Origin: a virus
Taxonomy: Duplodnaviria > Caudoviricetes
Virus record (IMG/VR): IMGVR_UViG_3300031992_000012
Coordinates: 128,001 to 192,000 of that record
Length of the DNA stretch: 64,000 bases
Strand: one strand, 5' to 3'
Positions 58,731 through 64,000 of the stretch are shown in pieces. How positions within the stretch are numbered: position 1 is the first letter of the stretch; each line of letters starts with the position of its first letter. The translations under genes and the position numbers were made by a program. The notes below the pieces were generated by a model. That model searched no databases and was not told the origin of the DNA. It saw only the letters and a list, made by a program, of their open reading frames with translations.

Positions 58731-59216
58731 ATGAAATGCTACTCTGTGAAAAACAATGAAATCAGCGAGGGTATAGATGTCGCGGGACTGCCTTGCGACG
58801 CCTCGCTTGTCGGGGCCGGCATAGTTCCGGCCGTTATGGTCAACGCCGGCATACCTGAACGTGACGGCGTGTACCCTGAGCAGGTCTTCCAGGACAGCCT
58901 GGAGTCAGCCATGGCCTGCAGCAGGGTTGTATTCTCAAAAGCCGAAGAGGACACCGAAGGAAGGTTCATACTTGCCTACGACCCGCGCGAGTGGATTCCC
59001 GACAGGGAGTCAGGCAGCAGGCTCGTGATTGTGTACCGTAGCAGGGAGAGGTTTCTTGCGATGTCCCTTGAGGATGGACACTTCAAAATGAAAAACATCA
59101 GGACAAGCCAGTCAATCGTCGACAAGGAAGGAAGGCCGGAAATCGTCGAGACAAAGGACGAGCCGGTCGAGCTTCCGGACCCGGAGGACGGCTGGTTCTG
59201 GGCCACAATGCAGTAA
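58731..59216 (+). CDS. hypothetical protein
   Basis: 161 aa ORF. Confidence 0.6.
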   Translation: MKCYSVKNNEISEGIDVAGLPCDASLVGAGIVPAVMVNAGIPERDGVYPEQVFQDSLESAMACSRVVFSKAEEDTEGRFILAYDPREWIPDRESGSRLVIVYRSRERFLAMSLEDGHFKMKNIRTSQSIVDKEGRPEIVETKDEPVELPDPEDGWFWATMQ

Positions 59217-59219
59217 CAA

Positions 59220-59759
59220 ATGAAATGCTTTACAGTCTACAGGCATCCCGGGGGCGCCATAAAGTGCGAACCCGGGATTTCTGTTGTCAGGACATTCCAC
59301 TTCAACGGACGCCCGTGCGTGCGCCTGGGGATGAACGGCTATCTGTCCTGCGAAAACATCATCGAACTTGGAATGGGCAAGAGGACGCCTGCCATACACG
59401 ACTGGCGCAACGACCTCCAGGTAATCTACGACGCGTTTCCTGTCGAGACATCGGCCGGAAGCATCTCGCACCGTTGGACGCTGTGCAAGCCGTCAAGGGA
59501 CGACGACTCCGTCTCTCTTGTAAGGCTCAACTTCGGCGCCCAGGTTCCCGAACAATGCAGGTGCGACGTGTTCCCTGAATCGGGTTCTTCGTCCCCTGTC
59601 GGCATCGCTTTCGCGGCGGTCAACAAAAGGCCCTGGCCGTCGTTCTGCATCGACGGGATATGGATTGTATCCGTCGGTGACGTCTTTTGTGCAAGGCCGG
59701 TGCAGAAACCCGGCATCCGTCTGGTAATGGGACCTGACGGTATGGAAATGGAACAGTAG
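59220..59759 (+). CDS. hypothetical protein
   Basis: 179 aa; N-terminus MKCFTV resembles MKCYSV of the previous gene. Confidence 0.6.
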   Translation: MKCFTVYRHPGGAIKCEPGISVVRTFHFNGRPCVRLGMNGYLSCENIIELGMGKRTPAIHDWRNDLQVIYDAFPVETSAGSISHRWTLCKPSRDDDSVSLVRLNFGAQVPEQCRCDVFPESGSSSPVGIAFAAVNKRPWPSFCIDGIWIVSVGDVFCARPVQKPGIRLVMGPDGMEMEQ

Positions 59760-59776
59760 AAGAAAAGGAAAGATTT

Positions 59777-60946
59777 ATGGCAACAACAGAAGAAGTCGGA
59801 ATTTTGCTTCTGGACGGTACGAAGGCGAGCTTCGTCAACGACCGGGTGGCAGACGTGGTGAGGACGATATACGGCTCCGAAATGACGGACAACATCCTCC
59901 AGACAATCGGAAAGCGCAAGCCAACGTTCAAACGCTGGGTTGCAGACAGGCAGTTCGGTCGCGACTCCAGCGTCAACAACCGCTCGCCGCTCCACGCCGT
60001 CATCCGTGCCTGCATCCTTGTGGACAAGGCGTCCACGGCGCCTGAGCTGTACGACCTGCCAGCAGACCTGAACTGGCAGATTGTGTTCATTATCTGCAAG
60101 GGTTTCCCAAGCCTTGTGAAGCCAATGCTGGACAAGATAATCACCTCCAAGAACGTTGTGTGGACACCCGGAATCCTTGCCGCACTGACATCCGTCATAC
60201 GCGAGTTCGCGTGGATGGAGCTAGACAAGGCGACAATCCAGGCGTTCTACAAGAAGGCGAAGGAGCTGCTGGCAAGACGCGAGAACACCAATACTGGTAC
60301 AGACGCGTCCGCCAGCGGGACAATCCTCGGCGCGCTCATTCTCAATCTACTGTCCATGACCCTGCTGATGAAGTATGAAGGGGAGGCCGGCGGGAATAAA
60401 ATCGGTCATGGCCTGGCAAACGTCCATGACGCCGATTATTCCGAATGCGCCACTTTCATCCAGAACATGCGTCGTCCGTACGCCTACGACATCAACTTCC
60501 TGGCACCCTATGCGAGAAGCGCTGTCCGCGACACGTTCCCGTTCGCGCTGCCGAATTCCCTTGACCTCGACCGATATTCCCCTGAGGAGAACATCCACCG
60601 GGCCGGTCGTGTGGCCGAGGAATGGCGCTCAGGGGGGCGTTCGCTGATTGTCTCGGAGGCGTCGCGCATAATAGGGAAGGTGTGCGACATCCTGTCCGAC
60701 AGCATGCCTGAGAAACGCCAGATTGAAGGCGACCTCGTCAAACTGCGCGAATTCTCGCTGTTCGCCCCCGACCCGGTGAAGGCGTTCACAATGTTCGCGC
60801 AATACACCTATCATCCCGGTGACGGTGTCATCCAGTTGTTCTCGAGCTCACGCGACACCCTCGAAACAATCCAGGCAATCTCCGCCTGGTGCGAGGAAAA
60901 CAACGTAACGCTGAGTCTTGACAATATTCGTGCTCTGACGTATTGA
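59777..60946 (+). CDS. hypothetical helical protein
   Basis: 389 aa ORF with RBS. Confidence 0.65.
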   Translation: MATTEEVGILLLDGTKASFVNDRVADVVRTIYGSEMTDNILQTIGKRKPTFKRWVADRQFGRDSSVNNRSPLHAVIRACILVDKASTAPELYDLPADLNWQIVFIICKGFPSLVKPMLDKIITSKNVVWTPGILAALTSVIREFAWMELDKATIQAFYKKAKELLARRENTNTGTDASASGTILGALILNLLSMTLLMKYEGEAGGNKIGHGLANVHDADYSECATFIQNMRRPYAYDINFLAPYARSAVRDTFPFALPNSLDLDRYSPEENIHRAGRVAEEWRSGGRSLIVSEASRIIGKVCDILSDSMPEKRQIEGDLVKLREFSLFAPDPVKAFTMFAQYTYHPGDGVIQLFSSSRDTLETIQAISAWCEENNVTLSLDNIRALTY

Positions 60947-61069
60947 TTTTTTGCGACGCGACCCTATTGTAAAAGGCTGGCGGATAATATCTAAAAGGGA
61001 ACGCGTCCTGACCCGGCGCTAACCGGCTGCAGGTTGCCGCCAGCCAGCAACCACAGGGTCGCGATACAA

Positions 61070-61612
61070 ATGCAGACTTCGATTAGTGTTCACATCGACG
61101 CGGATGGCGTAAACTGCGGTCTTGACTGCGAGTACCTTGATTTGTTCGGCGTGTCGCCGACTTCCGACGAGCCTGTACCTAGATGCTGCCTGTGCAGGCA
61201 GTTCCTCAACCAGGACAACGGAATGGTGCTTCGCTGCTGCAACTGCCTCGACATGGAACGCAGGTTCGTGGAGGAGGCGAGAAGGAAGGCGATGCGCGAC
61301 AAGGTGCAGAACAAACCGCTGGCCGTCTCCCTCCTCGAGCAGACGGACTATCGGGTAGACCTTGGCTCGTTCGCCAACGTCACCGATATGATTGAGTACC
61401 TTGTAAAGCACGAACGTATCTCAAAGACCTATCTGCAGAAGGAGCTGGGGTTGAGCCAGCCGGACTTCCAGCGGCTCCTGGACGGGAACCCGTTCCCGTA
61501 CATAGTCGCGGAGGTGCAGCGTCACATGGGGGTTCCGATGCCAGTGCACATAACGGCGCAGGACGAGCTCGAAAGAGCCAAGAAGTCCCTTCACTGGTCG
61601 GAGTCGGAATAA
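61070..61612 (+). CDS. hypothetical protein (Cys-rich N-terminus, HTH-like C-terminus)
   Basis: ISKTYLQKELGLSQPDFQRLLDG; start uncertain. Confidence 0.5.
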   Translation: MQTSISVHIDADGVNCGLDCEYLDLFGVSPTSDEPVPRCCLCRQFLNQDNGMVLRCCNCLDMERRFVEEARRKAMRDKVQNKPLAVSLLEQTDYRVDLGSFANVTDMIEYLVKHERISKTYLQKELGLSQPDFQRLLDGNPFPYIVAEVQRHMGVPMPVHITAQDELERAKKSLHWSESE

Positions 61613-61625
61613 ACGGTAGACAACG

Positions 61626-61667
61626 GAAAGGCCCGGATGATGAAAGTCGTCCGGGCTTTCTTTTTTT
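61626..61667 (+). terminator. intrinsic terminator
   Basis: GAAAGGCCCGGATGAT-GAAA-GTCGTCCGGGCTTTC followed by T7. Confidence 0.8.
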
Positions 61668-61678
61668 GAGGAAGAGCA

Positions 61679-61921
61679 ATGCAGGATTTGTATTTTGACA
61701 CAATCACAAGCGCGGAAATAATAGACGGCGTCGTGAAGATGGACGCCGGCGTGACCCTCCGCGACGGAGTGGAGCAGACAGTCAGGCTTCGCATCCCCCT
61801 GATGGCTTTCCAGGGGATAGCGCAGGGCTTCCGTGAAGCGCTGGTGTCCTTCATGAAGCAAGGGTATTACGGAGAGCAAGGAAAGACGGCGGCAGGAAAT
61901 TTGAAAGGAGCCAAGCAATGA
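61679..61921 (+). CDS. small hypothetical protein
   Basis: 80 aa ORF with RBS. Confidence 0.6.
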   Translation: MQDLYFDTITSAEIIDGVVKMDAGVTLRDGVEQTVRLRIPLMAFQGIAQGFREALVSFMKQGYYGEQGKTAAGNLKGAKQ

Positions 61922-62379
61922 TTAATGAAGCATGCAACGAGGTCTGGAACGGAACTTATCAGACAGAGAACTTTATTTTCATGAACCCGCTTCAGGGTTC
62001 GTTCGACGGTGGTGAATCGGCCACCCAGAACGCGATTACCCGCCAGTATCTGGAGTATCCGGTGATGTCACGCTACCTCCGCCAGTACGGCGTCTGCCCG
62101 AACAACCGGGTGTTCTCGTCGCTGGTGGGCTGGCTTGCAAGTATTCGCAAGGACGGTTCGAGAGCCGCCTATCGCAACACGAGCCTTACAGGAAAGGGCT
62201 GGGGCGACCGGTTGTCGGACGTCAAGCTGATGTCCAACATCAATTGCCCGTACGTCCACATGCCCGAACGGTGGGTGGATTTGATTCTGGAAAACGTCAT
62301 GTACTCCAACGGAGCCGGGGCGAGAACAAAAGCCCTGTGGCAAAAAGCGTACGTCGAATCTCTTTCATTGAAAGCGTAA
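61918..62379 (+). CDS. hypothetical protein
   Basis: 153 aa coupled ORF. Confidence 0.6.
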   Translation: MINEACNEVWNGTYQTENFIFMNPLQGSFDGGESATQNAITRQYLEYPVMSRYLRQYGVCPNNRVFSSLVGWLASIRKDGSRAAYRNTSLTGKGWGDRLSDVKLMSNINCPYVHMPERWVDLILENVMYSNGAGARTKALWQKAYVESLSLKA

Positions 62380-62781
62380 AAGAATTCAGCGGTGAATTGC
62401 ATTAAAGGAAACACCTGTTGCACAGATATGCCTCGACCACCTGCCCACACGTCCCGTGCGCACGCGTATAGGCGAGCGTCAAGGAGGCGATTCCGGCAGG
62501 CCTTGGGGGCGTGTCGAAGGCCTGTGTCTCCAGAAACGCGCAGAAAGGCCCCTACGGGGCGTTTTGACGGAAGACCCCACCATCGACACCCCCTGACGGC
62601 GGAAAACGGCTCTGAAGGGCCTTTCTGCGCGTTTCCGGGGGTGTCAGCGACACAGGAGGGTTTCGGGACAGACGACGGAGGGGTGTTTCGGGGTGATTCG
62701 GCGACATGGATGCTTCGGGTCCCTTTTCGTTCCCTCGCTCCCCTTCCGTCCCTGCCCCAAAATCGCAAGGGTCGTCTTCAT

Positions 62782-63101
62782 GTATTTTGATTTTATATTT
62801 TTTTAATTTTTATTTTTTAAGAGATAAAAATTAAAAAAATTAATAAAATACAAAATACGGGACCCTCAGCGGAGGTTTTATAATTCAAAACAACGCCTTA
62901 AGGTATCACATAACATGTGATACCTTAAGGCGTTTTCAGGTAAATCATACCTGGCGTACTCAGAACTGCCCGAATCACACCCTGTGACCGGCAGTTTGCC
63001 CGAAGATACCCCTTCTGGACGTTTCGTTTTTTTGGGTTAAAACCGTGTCAAGGTCTTAACTACGTTAAGACCTTGACACGGTTTTAACCCAAAAAAACGA
63101 A
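62782..63101. repeat. three long inverted repeats in an AT-rich intergenic region
   Basis: Imperfect A/T IR 62782-62858, perfect 20-bp IR 62892-62934, perfect 38-bp IR 63023-63101. Confidence 0.9.
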
Positions 63102-63400
63102 GTTGCCTAACGAAGGAAATCAGCGTTTAATGCCTGCAGATTTTCCAACGCTTTTTACAACGGTCTCTTTTTCTTAGCCGGTAAAACCCTTGCAACGCTT
63201 GCTCCGGCATAACGTCCATCTAATGTTTCACCTTTTTGAGGAAAGACCCAAGTTTCTTCCGGAGGAATACTTTTATATGAATACCATTTTATCACTTTTA
63301 TTCCTTATTACAGGTGACCGTCTTGACTCCGACTCACCCCAATGTTATCTTTCTGTTTGACTATTGCCCTTTAACACTAAGTAAAAGACGCAGAAACCAG

Positions 63401-64000
63401 ATGCAGCTTCACTACATAAACACAGACACAGGGTTGTTTGTCACGCCGAACGACGTATCGACGCCGACCTCCCGCAACCCGGTGATTCCGATAGACTCCC
63501 CTCCTGTCCTGAGGCTCTGCTTCCTTGACGGCGACGGCGACCCGTATACATTCACCGCCCGGTCGACCTTTTCCTTCACGCTGACCTTCGACGGAGCTGT
63601 CGTTATGACAGTCCCTTCCGGCGCCATACGTCCCGTCGACCCGCTGGCCGGCAGAATCGACATCCTGCCCGCCAGAGTCGACGGCGTGGAAATCTCCGAA
63701 GGCGCCGGGCAGATTACGGCGGTCATAGACGGGAGGACGGTCCTCAACGACGCGGTGCTTTTCACGACAGGCGGCGACGTCGTGCTTCCTTCGAAGACAA
63801 AGCCGCGCGACTTCACCGGCCTGCGTGTCATAACGCTTTACGAGGAGCCTTCGGAGGAGAACGTCGGGGACTATGTCCTCTACCTCGGCCCCGAGGGTCT
63901 GATGAACAACGGTTTCTTCTACCAATGCGTGCTGTCCGACGGTTCCTACTCCTGGCAGCCCGAAACGCCGGAATATGTCACGGCCTGGAGGTGGCATGAG
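63401..64000 (+). CDS. virion/tail-fibre-like protein, truncated by the window end
   Basis: Open frame MQLHYINTDTGLFV...LRLCFLDGDGDPYTF... runs to the edge; not in the ORF track. Confidence 0.6.
   Translation, partial: MQLHYINTDTGLFVTPNDVSTPTSRNPVIPIDSPPVLRLCFLDGDGDPYTFTARSTFSFTLTFDGAVVMTVPSGAIRPVDPLAGRIDILPARVDGVEISEGAGQITAVIDGRTVLNDAVLFTTGGDVVLPSKTKPRDFTGLRVITLYEEPSEENVGDYVLYLGPEGLMNNGFFYQCVLSDGSYSWQPETPEYVTAWRWHE

Noticed and set aside
62392-62790. ORFs in the 62.4-62.8 kb GC-rich tract
   Set aside because: Low-complexity Arg/Pro-rich translations on both strands; more likely non-coding.

Overview
This window is part of a GC-rich tailed-phage genome with a contractile-tail-type module, read almost entirely on the + strand. 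1-19 kb is a tail/baseplate module: chaperone with a -1 frameshift, tape measure, gp25- and J-like baseplate genes and an embedded sigma factor. 19-25.5 kb holds hypothetical genes and a GpA-type terminase. 25.6-29.5 kb is a ~4 kb RNA island. 29.6-37.8 kb encodes RuvC, a phosphoesterase, a complete Ubl/E2/JAB/E1 cassette and a retron-type reverse transcriptase. 37.8-55 kb is the replication/recombination module, including a PolA split by a group I intron that carries a homing endonuclease. Hypothetical genes and an AT-rich region with long perfect palindromes follow. The main finding is in the RNA island. Besides 7 canonical and 2 non-canonical tRNAs, it holds at least 11 tandem units of 108-196 nt that differ in sequence but share one retron msr-msd-like fold. 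Each unit has a unit-specific closing inverted repeat, an invariant G directly after the 5' arm, a 7-8 bp/3-nt-loop hairpin about 6 nt later, a long unit-specific hairpin, and an AAAG/AAGG-like motif before the 3' arm. The only RT in the window has retron motifs (NAxxH, VTG) but no adjacent ncRNA and lies ~7 kb downstream. I infer a phage 'multiplexed retron': one RT acting in trans on an array of different templates to make a library of msDNAs. All calls are by eye; no searches or folding programs were run.
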